This document shows positions 38,702 to 48,479 of a DNA stretch of 64,000 nt, piece after piece. The position numbers and the translations under genes are program-made. Below the pieces are notes generated by a model. The model saw nothing but the letters and a program-made list of their open reading frames with translations. It was not told the origin of the DNA and did no database searches. Within the stretch, counting starts at the first letter, position 1; every line of letters begins with the position of its first letter. The DNA comes from a virus (lineage: Duplodnaviria; Heunggongvirae; Uroviricota; Caudoviricetes). The stretch lies in IMG/VR virus record IMGVR_UViG_3300006217_000002; one strand, given 5' to 3'.

Positions 38702-39011
38702 TTTTTAACGCCTCCTTATTATAGAAATTATTTACAACACCTATCTGTACTTGTTCAGCATTTCCATGACTTACTTGTTTCATAAATATACTGGAAGGAT
38801 AAACTCTTCCATTTTTATTTGTAACACCGCTTTGATGGATTGTACATTCAGCTATAACTTCATCTGTATCATAATCGCATACAGTAGAATTGATATCAAT
38901 CTTATATGCCCATCTAAATATAAACCATTTAGGCGGTCTAAAACCTTTCCACTTAGGTGTCCATACAGTTTGAACTTGTTTAATTTTCATCATTGGTTTT
39001 GGTTCCATCAT
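38670..39011 (-). CDS. Hypothetical protein, paralog of the next gene, carrying a prohead-protease-like N-terminal motif
   Basis: WTPKWKGFRPPKWFIFRWAYKID; IHQSGVTNKNGRVYPSSIF. Confidence 0.55.
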   Translation of the reverse strand: MMEPKPMMKIKQVQTVWTPKWKGFRPPKWFIFRWAYKIDINSTVCDYDTDEVIAECTIHQSGVTNKNGRVYPSSIFMKQVSHGNAEQVQIGVVNNFYNKEALKNAEISERSSK

Positions 39012-39330
39012 CGAATGCCTCCTTTATCTTGTCTGCTAATTTATCGACTTCATCATTTCTTATAGGATTACATTTAAATTCCATGGATATTTCTCTTTCA
39101 ACAGATGTAGAAATACTCTTCGGATAGCAATCCTTGAACAAAATTCTTCTGTCAACTTTATAAGCCCACATGAATATTTTCCACAAGGGAGGCCTAAAAT
39201 GCTTAAATCTCGGCTTATATGATATATAAAGAATATCAAATCCATTTTTGTCATTGTCATTTACTTTATAAGCATGACCATTCTTAAGTTCTTTAATCCA
39301 ATATTGGATCATTTCTTTTACATCACTCAT
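38980..39330 (-). CDS. Hypothetical protein
   Basis: YKPRFKHFRPPLWKIFMWAYKVD; RBS AGGAGGT. Confidence 0.65.
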   Translation of the reverse strand: MSDVKEMIQYWIKELKNGHAYKVNDNDKNGFDILYISYKPRFKHFRPPLWKIFMWAYKVDRRILFKDCYPKSISTSVEREISMEFKCNPIRNDEVDKLADKIKEAFDDGTKTNDEN

Positions 39331-39380
39331 AATTTTATACCTCCTAATTTAACAAGAATTGTTTATCTCAAAAACAATGA

Positions 39381-39418
39381 TTATTACATGGAGGGATTTA
39401 AATCCCTCCATGTAATAA
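39381..39418. terminator. Perfect 38-bp palindrome
   Basis: TTATTACATGGAGGGATTT|AAATCCCTCCATGTAATAA. Confidence 0.8.
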
Positions 39419-39426
39419 ATATATCC

Positions 39427-40098
39427 TTATTTCTCAGGAATATCATCTGTTTTGGATGCAGAATTGAATTCTCTATCCATATTAATCTTGCTACCAGTAG
39501 CTTCTATCTGGCTATAGTATTTTGACCCTTTATTTTTAGCTCCATAAACCTGATTTGCATATTGAGCTTTGAAGAAATACACTTGAGCAACTCTCATTCC
39601 GGTATATAGAGCAATTGGATATTCTGTCTCATTAAACACCTCAAATGTGATAGTACCTCTGAAACCGGAATCAATTAATCCTGCCTGCTCAGTTTGAATT
39701 CCTACTCTTGCTATAGAAGATCTTCCTTGTACAAAACTTAGAATCCCATTTGGAATATTAAGAATTTCTTTTGACGCTAATAATACAAACTTACCAGGTT
39801 CGATGATTATACGATTATCAATTATTCCTCTTTCATATTGGATTTCTTTACGTACATCGATACAGTCAATAAGACCCTTCAGATATCTATGTCCTCCAAA
39901 ATTATTTAATTCCGGAATAGCTGAATTAGGTTTTAGTACCTTATAAGTATTTCCTAAAGTAAGATCAACAGAGTTAGGTTGTAGTTGTTCTTTGGAAATG
40001 GGTTGCTCGATAAGAATTCCTTTCCTATTATATTTCATGATTGTTCTATCACTTAATACAGGGCTAAAATAGTCATGTAACATTCGTAAAGATCCCAT
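39427..40098 (-). CDS. dcd: dCTP deaminase
   Basis: LSDRTI, QLQPNSVDLTLG, GRSSIARVG, AGLIDSGFRGTITFE, GMRVAQ, SKYYSQ. Confidence 0.92.
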   Translation of the reverse strand: MGSLRMLHDYFSPVLSDRTIMKYNRKGILIEQPISKEQLQPNSVDLTLGNTYKVLKPNSAIPELNNFGGHRYLKGLIDCIDVRKEIQYERGIIDNRIIIEPGKFVLLASKEILNIPNGILSFVQGRSSIARVGIQTEQAGLIDSGFRGTITFEVFNETEYPIALYTGMRVAQVYFFKAQYANQVYGAKNKGSKYYSQIEATGSKINMDREFNSASKTDDIPEK

Positions 40099-40116
40099 AT
40101 ATTTCACCTCCTTATT

Positions 40117-40608
40117 TTATAATTCACCATGGTAGAAAGATGTTCTAATTCTTTCACTCTTATCTTTATAAAAGTAGTATACGACCAAATATATTTTTCC
40201 TTTGAAAATATCTGTGTCATATAAGAATGGAGTTGCTAAAACTTGTTTCTCTGTAATCAATAACCAGTTATCAAGATCCGCTAATAGACTTTCCAATTTC
40301 TCTTTTATAAATTTATCCCTTTTAGAGATATGAAATGTTACAGGTTTATCAGATGCATATTTACAATTGTATACGAACTCATGTAAAGTATCATCGATAT
40401 AATCATCTATCGATAAGTATATATGAACTTTATGATCCTTATCAATCCATCGTTCAAAAGAGGTAGTTCCTAAAATATTGAACTTATCTTTGAATCCGAG
40501 GAAGCTAAAATTGATGAATACATGTTTCTTCCGAAAATGGTATTCTTTACTTTTTACCAGATTGCTTGTTAGCATATCATTGCTCTTCAAATTTTCTGCA
40601 TTCTTCAT
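40117..40608 (-). CDS. Hypothetical protein
   Basis: 163-aa ORF in operon. Confidence 0.6.
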   Translation of the reverse strand: MKNAENLKSNDMLTSNLVKSKEYHFRKKHVFINFSFLGFKDKFNILGTTSFERWIDKDHKVHIYLSIDDYIDDTLHEFVYNCKYASDKPVTFHISKRDKFIKEKLESLLADLDNWLLITEKQVLATPFLYDTDIFKGKIYLVVYYFYKDKSERIRTSFYHGEL

Positions 40609-41308
40609 AAATTTTCTCCTCGTCTTTCTTAGCTACTTTCTTTTGCAATAAAGATTCTTCAATAATGAAACTCCATATATCTTCATCATCTTTAAAAGAT
40701 TTCAATATCCCTTCTGGTGTACTAGATTTAAATCCAGCAATAATACGTTCTTTAAACAATTCAGGATACTCAGCCTGAGCACTATTTGTAATAGCTCCAT
40801 CCTGTTTATAACCAGCGAAATAGCTATCGTATTTAGTTTCAAACATTTCTACGTTTGCATATATTCCGGTATTTGTATAATGAATCTTTAGATAATAATC
40901 ACCGTGAGGATATTCTAATTGCTTCAACAAGAATTTAGGGCCGTCTTTTTCTTTAAATATCCTAACGTAAGGAACGTTCTTGAAATAGTGTTTAGCTACA
41001 ATATACATATCTTCAACGTATGCTGGAATATGTATGATTAGTTTATTTCTTGGGCAACAAAGTCTTATTAAAGAATTAACTTTTTCATTAATCATATAAG
41101 GACTTACCAAGAATAAATGTATTTTGTGGTTACTTTTTCCATCCAAATAATCGATCAACTTATCTAAGTAATTAATATAACCATTTGTACCAGAACCAAA
41201 AGGTTCACCAAAGATTATATGAATATCACCAGTATTAAAGTACTTAGATAAATGAGGGTTGTAATTGTATCTCCCTGTTATCTTGTCAATAAATATATTT
41301 CCATTCAT
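40577..41308 (-). CDS. Hypothetical protein
   Basis: 243-aa ORF with RBS. Confidence 0.65.
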   Translation of the reverse strand: MNGNIFIDKITGRYNYNPHLSKYFNTGDIHIIFGEPFGSGTNGYINYLDKLIDYLDGKSNHKIHLFLVSPYMINEKVNSLIRLCCPRNKLIIHIPAYVEDMYIVAKHYFKNVPYVRIFKEKDGPKFLLKQLEYPHGDYYLKIHYTNTGIYANVEMFETKYDSYFAGYKQDGAITNSAQAEYPELFKERIIAGFKSSTPEGILKSFKDDEDIWSFIIEESLLQKKVAKKDEEKIYEECRKFEEQ

Positions 41309-41355
41309 TTAATGTACCATCCTTTCATAAATTATTATCTATAGTTTCATAATTG

Positions 41356-41369
41356 GATAATATATTATC
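41356..41369. promoter_or_regulatory. Palindromic GATAATATATTATC carrying TATATTAT on both strands (divergent early promoter candidate)
   Basis: Lies between divergent genes 41308 (-) and 41406 (+). Confidence 0.45.
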
Positions 41370-41405
41370 AAAATGAATTAATAAGATTTTGGAGGTTAAT
41401 AAAAA

Positions 41406-42545
41406 ATGAGAATATTGTTATTAGCTGATATACACATTGGCAGTATAAAAGATATGACATATACATACAATGTCGTTACTGATATTATTGAAAAAGAGAT
41501 AATGTTTACAAAGACTGATATGGTTGTTATATTAGGAGATTATTTCGATAAATTATTTAAAGTTAATGAAGAACACGTATCAACTGCTATAAATATAATG
41601 TCATTCTTAGTTAGAGCATGTGAACGTTCTAAAACTAAAATACGAATTATATATGGAACTGAATCACATGAAATGAATCAATATAAATTATTTAACTATC
41701 ACTTTACATCTACATCAGTTGATATAAAACTATTCACAACTGCATCAGACGAAGAGATTGATGGTAAAAAGATATTATACTTACCAGAAGAATATGTGTC
41801 TAGTAAAGATAAGTTTTACAAAAAATATTTATATTCAGGAAAACACTATGACTATATATTCGGACATGGAATAATAGAGGAAGGAGTTCCGCTAGGAATT
41901 AAATTAAATAAAACAGCTTCTCAAAATGTAGAGAAACAAGTTCCAAGATTTAAATCTGGGGAACTTCATAAGTCAGGTGATATAGTTGTATTTGGTCACT
42001 ATCATTGTTTTAATGATATTGGAGATAATGTGTATTATCTTGGATCGTTATTTAGGAATTCATTTGGGGAAGAAATTCCTAAAGGATATGGTATAATAGA
42101 AAATGATCAATTTCAGTTTATTGAAAATACTCAAGCTTATATTTATAAAGAATATGAGTTTGATAAAAATTCTGATATATACAAAAACGCTAGTAATATT
42201 TTATCTGCCATAGATAAGATTAAGAAAGATAATAAAGAGATTTTCTCCGGTGAGAAAGTAGGAAAAGTAAAAATAAAATTCTCAATACCAAAAGATGCAG
42301 ATGCATCATTCAGAGATAATTTAAATTCAATTATCTTAAATGATAAACTGTTTACATTATCATTTCAGGAATGTGAAGAGGATATAATAGATGAAGATAC
42401 GACAGATGATAGTGATGAATTTGATTTCGTATTAGAGTCTATGGATATAGGAGATAAAATATTTTCGTTTATAAATAAGACTCACGATATAGATTTATCT
42501 CTTCAAAAAATAAATATGTATATATCAGAACCATTAAAGATATAA
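41406..42545 (+). CDS. sbcD: SbcD/Mre11-like DNA repair nuclease
   Basis: LADIHIG, LGDYFD, GTESHE, FGHG, FGHYH, YLGSL..SFGEE..KGY. Confidence 0.85.
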   Translation: MRILLLADIHIGSIKDMTYTYNVVTDIIEKEIMFTKTDMVVILGDYFDKLFKVNEEHVSTAINIMSFLVRACERSKTKIRIIYGTESHEMNQYKLFNYHFTSTSVDIKLFTTASDEEIDGKKILYLPEEYVSSKDKFYKKYLYSGKHYDYIFGHGIIEEGVPLGIKLNKTASQNVEKQVPRFKSGELHKSGDIVVFGHYHCFNDIGDNVYYLGSLFRNSFGEEIPKGYGIIENDQFQFIENTQAYIYKEYEFDKNSDIYKNASNILSAIDKIKKDNKEIFSGEKVGKVKIKFSIPKDADASFRDNLNSIILNDKLFTLSFQECEEDIIDEDTTDDSDEFDFVLESMDIGDKIFSFINKTHDIDLSLQKINMYISEPLKI

Positions 42546-42580
42546 TAATGAGGGAGCAATCACGCTCCCTCATTATTTTT
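42544..42580. terminator. Bidirectional terminator
   Basis: AATAATGAGGGAGC-AATCAC-GCTCCCTCATTATT. Confidence 0.85.
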
Positions 42581-43173
42581 TATTGATATAAGTCTTTAAT
42601 TCTTTCCAACGTTGTATCACCTTCATACGTTGTCATCATTCCATAATAATATTCAGGAATGGTACAATCCTCATTTATTTGAACAGTATTATTTTTGTTC
42701 CACTGATCAATGATATGATCCCATACATAATCCTCATGGAAAAACTCTAATAGCTGTGAAAACTCTTCTCTTGATGGTCTTCCTGAATGTTGAGAGTGTT
42801 TATAATATAATGGATATGTCAAACATATGCATCCCTCAGTTATAGATCCATCATCTTCAGTTTTCTTAAAATGTAAATGAGGTATAGAATCATCATTGGA
42901 ACATAGAAAAAGTTTCATGTTAAGAGAAGTATCTTCAATCTCTATCTCGTTACTATCTGAATCAGCTGACTCTTCAAATATAGTATTTCCGTTTTCATCA
43001 ATAAGTTCTAATTCAGATCCATATCGGATAGTTTTACGATTTGATTCCGGTATATACACTGTGTATGATGGATCAAAATCTTCACCTGTACTTTCTTTGA
43101 TATAACCAATAGATCCTTCCAATGATGTATGAGTTATTCTAACCTTATCTCCTATATTAAATTTATTTTTCAT
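42580..43173 (-). CDS. Two-domain hypothetical protein (KOW/SH3-like plus PHxH domain)
   Basis: KFNIGDKVRI..; IFEE|S; SNDDSIPHLHF..LYYKHSQH. Confidence 0.55.
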   Translation of the reverse strand: MKNKFNIGDKVRITHTSLEGSIGYIKESTGEDFDPSYTVYIPESNRKTIRYGSELELIDENGNTIFEESADSDSNEIEIEDTSLNMKLFLCSNDDSIPHLHFKKTEDDGSITEGCICLTYPLYYKHSQHSGRPSREEFSQLLEFFHEDYVWDHIIDQWNKNNTVQINEDCTIPEYYYGMMTTYEGDTTLERIKDLYQ

Positions 43174-43176
43174 TTG

Positions 43177-43401
43177 TTATTCTCCTCCATCAGATATAAG
43201 ACAATATAAAAGGAAACACCAGAAGAATATAAACCATCCACTTATTCGATTCAATATAATTAATGATAAAATAATGGACACCGTTAATGAACGAATAAGC
43301 CGGTTATATCTTCTAAATGAGAGAATAAGCAATAAGAAAATTAACCAATATTCTGATATAGTGCTTAATAAAGCTGATAAAGATTCATATAATAATTCCA
43401 T
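43177..43401 (-). CDS. Small membrane protein
   Basis: 74 aa with 2-3 hydrophobic segments, RBS AAAGGAG. Confidence 0.65.
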   Translation of the reverse strand: MELLYESLSALLSTISEYWLIFLLLILSFRRYNRLIRSLTVSIILSLIILNRISGWFIFFWCFLLYCLISDGGE

Positions 43402-43422
43402 TATTAATTACTCCTTTCGATT

Positions 43423-44043
43423 TTAAAATGGATCTATGGATGGTGTAGGAATATTTACATTCTCATCATATCCCTGTTTAACGTTACCATTAGTTGTTTT
43501 ATCTAATCCCATTTTCATAGTTATCGACGGTTTCTTTCCATTGTAGTTTTGGTCATATCCTCTTTGTATGTAATCGTTATAAGTTATGATAGCCCACTTA
43601 GCATCTACTGCAGAAGACATTATCATACTTAATATTGATAACATTCCTTGTTTTTCTCCCATGAACTTAAATGGAGTATGAGCTCCAGAATATGAAGTTC
43701 CTGCAGAAATAAGTTCTTGTAATCTCGTCAATTCATTCCAAGGGCTTCCAACACTGTTATTGAAACCTTTAGAACTTGTGAACATACCTCCCTCTAATGA
43801 TGACATTTTTCCGCAATCAGAAGACAAAGATGACATAGCAGATGATACTCCGCTCATCGGATCTCCACCAACAGGATGTTCCTCTTCTAAAGGATAACAT
43901 ACTCCAGTACCTATTCCTGCATGTTGTTCCTTAGATTGTATCCTATAACATGGAGCTTCTGCAAATGATATGATTGCTTGAGATACTGCAGATATAACTC
44001 CATCTAGACCAGATGTAATTCTTTCTACATCTCCTCCCATCAT
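43423..44043 (-). CDS. Hypothetical Gly/Ser-rich protein
   Basis: 206-aa ORF with RBS. Confidence 0.65.
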   Translation of the reverse strand: MMGGDVERITSGLDGVISAVSQAIISFAEAPCYRIQSKEQHAGIGTGVCYPLEEEHPVGGDPMSGVSSAMSSLSSDCGKMSSLEGGMFTSSKGFNNSVGSPWNELTRLQELISAGTSYSGAHTPFKFMGEKQGMLSILSMIMSSAVDAKWAIITYNDYIQRGYDQNYNGKKPSITMKMGLDKTTNGNVKQGYDENVNIPTPSIDPF

Positions 44044-44061
44044 AAAGCATCACTCTCCTTT

Positions 44062-44649
44062 CTAATATACTGGCCATTCAGTCATATATATGATTTCGAT
44101 CTTAGCATGAGGTTTAATGGAATAATATAATTCCTGCTTACTTGATACCACTAAACAATCATCTGCTAACATACCATGCTGTATGCAATCGGCTATACCT
44201 TTAGCATAATTATCGAAATCTCCAGTTCTTTTCCATGGCCTGATGAGTCCTAGTTCAGCTAGTACTTTATTTTTTATATTAAATGAAGATGGAGTTTTTT
44301 CATAGATAGTCATATTTAACTCGCAAGGAGTATCAATAAATGGAAGATTATTTTCCTTTGCAAATTCCTCAAACCAATCTCCGTTTTCTTTCGCATGCGG
44401 TACATACATATGTACATACCCTCTTGATGTATTAGCTCTAGGTCTTGCTGATGGTTTTACTATCTTCCACATTGTGAATTCAATTTTCTTTTTCTTGATA
44501 CGTTTAATCTTCTTAGCTTCAAGAGCTATAGCTTTATTAAACTTTTCATTGTTTGATTTCTTTCCCAATATATAAGCAATTCGGTCTAATTGATTATCAG
44601 GTATCATTCCGAATTGCTGTTCATATAAAATATCTTCTCGTCTAGCCAT
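44062..44649 (-). CDS. rusA: RusA-like Holliday junction resolvase
   Basis: KPSARPR, TGDFDNYAKGIAD, LADDCLVV. Confidence 0.85.
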   Translation of the reverse strand: MARREDILYEQQFGMIPDNQLDRIAYILGKKSNNEKFNKAIALEAKKIKRIKKKKIEFTMWKIVKPSARPRANTSRGYVHMYVPHAKENGDWFEEFAKENNLPFIDTPCELNMTIYEKTPSSFNIKNKVLAELGLIRPWKRTGDFDNYAKGIADCIQHGMLADDCLVVSSKQELYYSIKPHAKIEIIYMTEWPVY

Positions 44650-44771
44650 ATATTCATGACACCTCCAATTTATATTTTAGATTTGCTGTTCAGAACTTCT
44701 ATATATTAAAAGTAAATTGTTGGTACATATAATTGTAATCCATATAATTTAAGAAAGGAAGGTAATGTAAA

Positions 44772-46733
44772 ATGGGTTTCATGGAATACTCAAACAAAAA
44801 CCAGGTAAATATCATCCCTCAGCAGGAGTTCGAAGAATTGTCTAGAGAAGTATTTGGAGTTATCTCTAGTAATCTTAGGAGATCTCTTGGACCTCTTGGT
44901 TCATCTGCTACTATTTTGGATGGAACGTTAACAGAGGCAACAAAGGATGGATATCATATTCTAATGAAATATCGTTTCTTTAATCGATATAAGAAGATGA
45001 TATATAACTTAATTAAAGCTCCTTGTACTCGTATGAATAATACTGTAGGAGATGGTACTACAACTGGTATCGTATTAACTTCTGCTATGTTTGACAGATA
45101 TCAAGATGCTAAAGGAAAACTCGTATCTATGTATCGTCTACCTAGGCAGTTCACAAAAGCGTGGGATGAAGTAATTGAGGATATTTGTAGAAGGGTATCA
45201 GAAAAATCTAAGCCTGTCGATCCTACTGATTATGATACTATCTATAATATTGCATATGTAACATCGAATGGAAATAAGGAGATCAGTGAGGCTTTTGCCA
45301 AGACATATAATGAAGCTAAATCTCCAGCAATTAAGATGAAGGATTCTCCGACCAATAAATCTTATATCAAAGAGATTGATGGTTTTGAATTTCCTGCTAA
45401 TGCTATTGATGTAGTATATGTAAGAAATCAGGATCTTACAGCTGAAGAAACCGATGTAGCAATCATGATCTTTGATCATAAAATTGGAACAGACTTCTTC
45501 AATAAAGTTCTTGTTCCGATTAACGAAGTACTTCGTGCAATGGGTAAGAAGCTCATTGTAATAGCTCCATCTTATGATGAATACATGTGTGATACTGTAC
45601 TTAGGCAGTATGTGAATTTAGAATGTAACAAGTATGGAGTTATCAATTTGATTCTTACACAGTATCGTTTAGGAGATCTTACTCCTCATCAATGTGAAGA
45701 TTTAGCAGTAGTATTGAGATGTAAAACTATCAATGAACAACTTGCTGATGGATTAGTTACTAGATTTAGTGAGAAGAACAGTGATCAGATAGTAGAAGAT
45801 ATAATTGAAAACAATGAATATGATCTATACAGAGTCATTGGTTCTGCTGCTAAAGTGTTTACATCTTGTAAGAATGGATGTATCTTTAATGTAACTGATA
45901 TTGAAGAGGATAAGGAATATCAGGAAGCTGTTACCAGAGCTAAAGCTGAACTCGATGCAGTTATAAGTAAAACTGATTTCGAAAAGCAGAGTATGGCTTC
46001 TAAGGTATACGAAGCAAGATCACGATTGATGCAACTGGAAATGAAAAACTACATCTATTATGTAGGAGCTGATAGCGAGCTTCAGAAACAGATTATTTGG
46101 GATTCAATCGATGATGTTATCAAATGCCTGAGATCAGCTATCAAGTACGGTGTAGTTCCAGGATGTCAGTTATCTATTGCGACTTCATGTGAGGAAGCAA
46201 TTACTGATATCATGGAGGAGATCAAGAAATGTCAGGATATTGAAAAGGAAATTAGTTATCAATATCCTCTTAAGATTGAAATTATTGGTATTATTTATAA
46301 TGCCGTGATTGATGTATATTCAATTCTTCTTCATGGAGCTGAAGGTCTTGGTATGGTTAAACTTATCGACGGATGGAATAAAAACAGTGATGAGTATAAT
46401 AAATTAGATGAGGCAGAAGATGCTGAAAGGGACGAAGATAAGAAGAAAGAACTACACGAGAAAAAGAAGAAAGTTCAGGATGAATATATCGATAATATTA
46501 AAGAAAAAGCTAGAGTAAAGGCTGGAGAGATCATTGCTGAATCCATTAAGGAGAATAAAGTATTTGATCTTGAAAACCTTGAATACAGTGATAAGATTAT
46601 CACATCAGCAGAAACTGATATAATGGTACTCAAGGTAGCCTCTGAACTGGTTAAGATTCTTATTAGTGGAAATCAATGTATCTTCCTTGACTCAGATGTT
46701 ACAGAATCTCATCAGGAAACTATGGAAATCTAA
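44772..46733 (+). CDS. groEL: Phage GroEL-like chaperonin
   Basis: SLGPLG, ATKDG, VGDGTTT, IAYVTSNG, GVVPG, ITSAETD. Confidence 0.9.
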   Translation: MGFMEYSNKNQVNIIPQQEFEELSREVFGVISSNLRRSLGPLGSSATILDGTLTEATKDGYHILMKYRFFNRYKKMIYNLIKAPCTRMNNTVGDGTTTGIVLTSAMFDRYQDAKGKLVSMYRLPRQFTKAWDEVIEDICRRVSEKSKPVDPTDYDTIYNIAYVTSNGNKEISEAFAKTYNEAKSPAIKMKDSPTNKSYIKEIDGFEFPANAIDVVYVRNQDLTAEETDVAIMIFDHKIGTDFFNKVLVPINEVLRAMGKKLIVIAPSYDEYMCDTVLRQYVNLECNKYGVINLILTQYRLGDLTPHQCEDLAVVLRCKTINEQLADGLVTRFSEKNSDQIVEDIIENNEYDLYRVIGSAAKVFTSCKNGCIFNVTDIEEDKEYQEAVTRAKAELDAVISKTDFEKQSMASKVYEARSRLMQLEMKNYIYYVGADSELQKQIIWDSIDDVIKCLRSAIKYGVVPGCQLSIATSCEEAITDIMEEIKKCQDIEKEISYQYPLKIEIIGIIYNAVIDVYSILLHGAEGLGMVKLIDGWNKNSDEYNKLDEAEDAERDEDKKKELHEKKKKVQDEYIDNIKEKARVKAGEIIAESIKENKVFDLENLEYSDKIITSAETDIMVLKVASELVKILISGNQCIFLDSDVTESHQETMEI

Positions 46734-46751
46734 GTGTAACAATATAAACCA

Positions 46752-46789
46752 ATATAGGAATGGGAGGGTGATTCCTCCCATTCCTATAT
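46752..46789. terminator. Bidirectional terminator ending the radical SAM operon
   Basis: ATATAGGAATGGGAGG-GTGATT-CCTCCCATTCCTATAT. Confidence 0.85.
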
Positions 46790-46790
46790 G

Positions 46791-47336
46791 TTATTCAGCT
46801 TTTACATACACAGTCATACTCATATCTTCATAATTGGAAGATACTAACTTAAGATCTACTCTGATAATTTCATCACCAGGTCTGAAGAATACATTTGGTC
46901 TGGAATCCATGGTTATCTTAAGAATACAATATTCCTTGTCATAAAAAACATTTACATTTGGAATACTTACAAATCTTCCAAATACATTTTCTGTTCTGAC
47001 AAGTTCGAAGTCAATATCTTTCGGATATTCCTCATTAATAGGCATAGTTTCATTATTTAGTATTTCAGTGATGAGACATCCTATGTTAAGTTTACCTGTA
47101 GATGTGAATTTATCTCCATTAACTGTGATGATCTTATTAGGTAATGATTTAGCTCCCAATTTGTTATTAGAGTCATCTTCGATAATCATTTCTTCGTGTT
47201 TTTCATTAGATACCTCTTCTTCACCATTAAGCTTTCTCTGAACTGCTTCTACCATATCATCAGGAACGTCTTCCAGTGTTAACGCTTCCTTTTGAATTAA
47301 TCTTACGTAATAATTCAATAATGCTTTGTTTGTCAT
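46791..47336 (-). CDS. Hypothetical protein with N-terminal CD1375-like motif
   Basis: YYVRLIQKEALTLEDVPDDMVEAVQRKL, a small motif typical of genes next to Firmicute phage tail fibres. Confidence 0.55.
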   Translation of the reverse strand: MTNKALLNYYVRLIQKEALTLEDVPDDMVEAVQRKLNGEEEVSNEKHEEMIIEDDSNNKLGAKSLPNKIITVNGDKFTSTGKLNIGCLITEILNNETMPINEEYPKDIDFELVRTENVFGRFVSIPNVNVFYDKEYCILKITMDSRPNVFFRPGDEIIRVDLKLVSSNYEDMSMTVYVKAE

Positions 47337-47351
47337 TATGAATATCCTCCT

Positions 47352-48479
47352 TTACTTGCCGTTATATGTTAGATCATATTCTTGATCAATAAGTTGAGTT
47401 CCAATCCTTATTTTCTGAACCTTCTTTGTTCCATCTGGAACTTTAACTTTATTAACCTGGTGAATGAAACGTTGTTTTTCAAAATCAAATCTGGAAGAAA
47501 TCTCTTCCATATTAGCTCCTGCTCTTGATATAGCATTATGAATACCATTACCTCCAAAAGCAATGATAACATTATTTTTAGCTATTTCAAAATTCCTATC
47601 AATAATCCCAACGTTACAACTTGTATGGAATTGATGATATTCTGGAGTTCTTAAATAATATGGCTCTTCTTCAAATGCAATAACATCATCTATATTTAAA
47701 GATAATGATTCCGGTTTAGCTATTACGTACTCAGAATGATGATCTAAAAAGTCTTTTAAAAGCTTCCTGTAATAAATAGATTTCCCATAATAATTTTTGC
47801 ATTTGAAATTTACAGAAGAACATATTCCGTCAGGTTTTAAAAGTGAAGAAGCTATATCAAGATCATTTATGAATATTTTCCATCCGTGTTCATTATCATC
47901 ATTGAATAATGCTACAATATCGATATTAACAAACATTTTATGTTCATGAAACTTTTCTATAGCCTTCTTCATCATTTCTATATTACCAGGTATTCTCTGT
48001 TGTTCTTTATTTGAAATTTCATCGAATGATTGAACTCCAAAACTTACAGTTTTAATATTCAAATCATTAATGATAAAATCAATCATTTCATCACTAATGT
48101 CGAATGGATGAACTTCAAATGTCTTAAGTTTTATCTCATCATAGATAGGAATATTGTTAATGAGTTCAATTAATTTCTTTTTATTCCATAAAGTAGGTGT
48201 TCCTCCACCGAAATAAATATTATTTACTCTATCAGGAAAGGCATCTTTCATATCCTTTACTAAATTAACAACTGCTTCTTCATATAAACTTATTTGATTA
48301 ATATATTGATGTAGTGTATAGGAACCAAAAACACAAAACTTACAAATAGATCTACAAAAGGGAAAGTCCACATATATCTCGATTCGAGTATCATCATTTA
48401 TTGGATTATTTTTAAAATAATTTTTCCAATAGTTTACGAACTCTTCGTTATTATGAAGATAATAAGGATAAATCATCAA
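47352..48479 (-). CDS. HemN-like radical SAM enzyme (class C methyltransferase family)
   Basis: IYVDFPFCRSICKFC, IYFGGGTPT, TFEVHP, VSFGVQSFD, VNIDI, AFGG..AIS. Confidence 0.88.
   Translation of the reverse strand: MMIYPYYLHNNEEFVNYWKNYFKNNPINDDTRIEIYVDFPFCRSICKFCVFGSYTLHQYINQISLYEEAVVNLVKDMKDAFPDRVNNIYFGGGTPTLWNKKKLIELINNIPIYDEIKLKTFEVHPFDISDEMIDFIINDLNIKTVSFGVQSFDEISNKEQQRIPGNIEMMKKAIEKFHEHKMFVNIDIVALFNDDNEHGWKIFINDLDIASSLLKPDGICSSVNFKCKNYYGKSIYYRKLLKDFLDHHSEYVIAKPESLSLNIDDVIAFEEEPYYLRTPEYHQFHTSCNVGIIDRNFEIAKNNVIIAFGGNGIHNAISRAGANMEEISSRFDFEKQRFIHQVNKVKVPDGTKKVQKIRIGTQLIDQEYDLTYNGK

Noticed and set aside
43177-43401. Holin
   Set aside because: Hydrophobic and small, but far from the endolysin and without recognisable holin features
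47352-48479. Genuine coproporphyrinogen III oxidase (hemN)
   Set aside because: No tetrapyrrole pathway genes nearby; the context points to a tailoring enzyme, so no gene symbol was given
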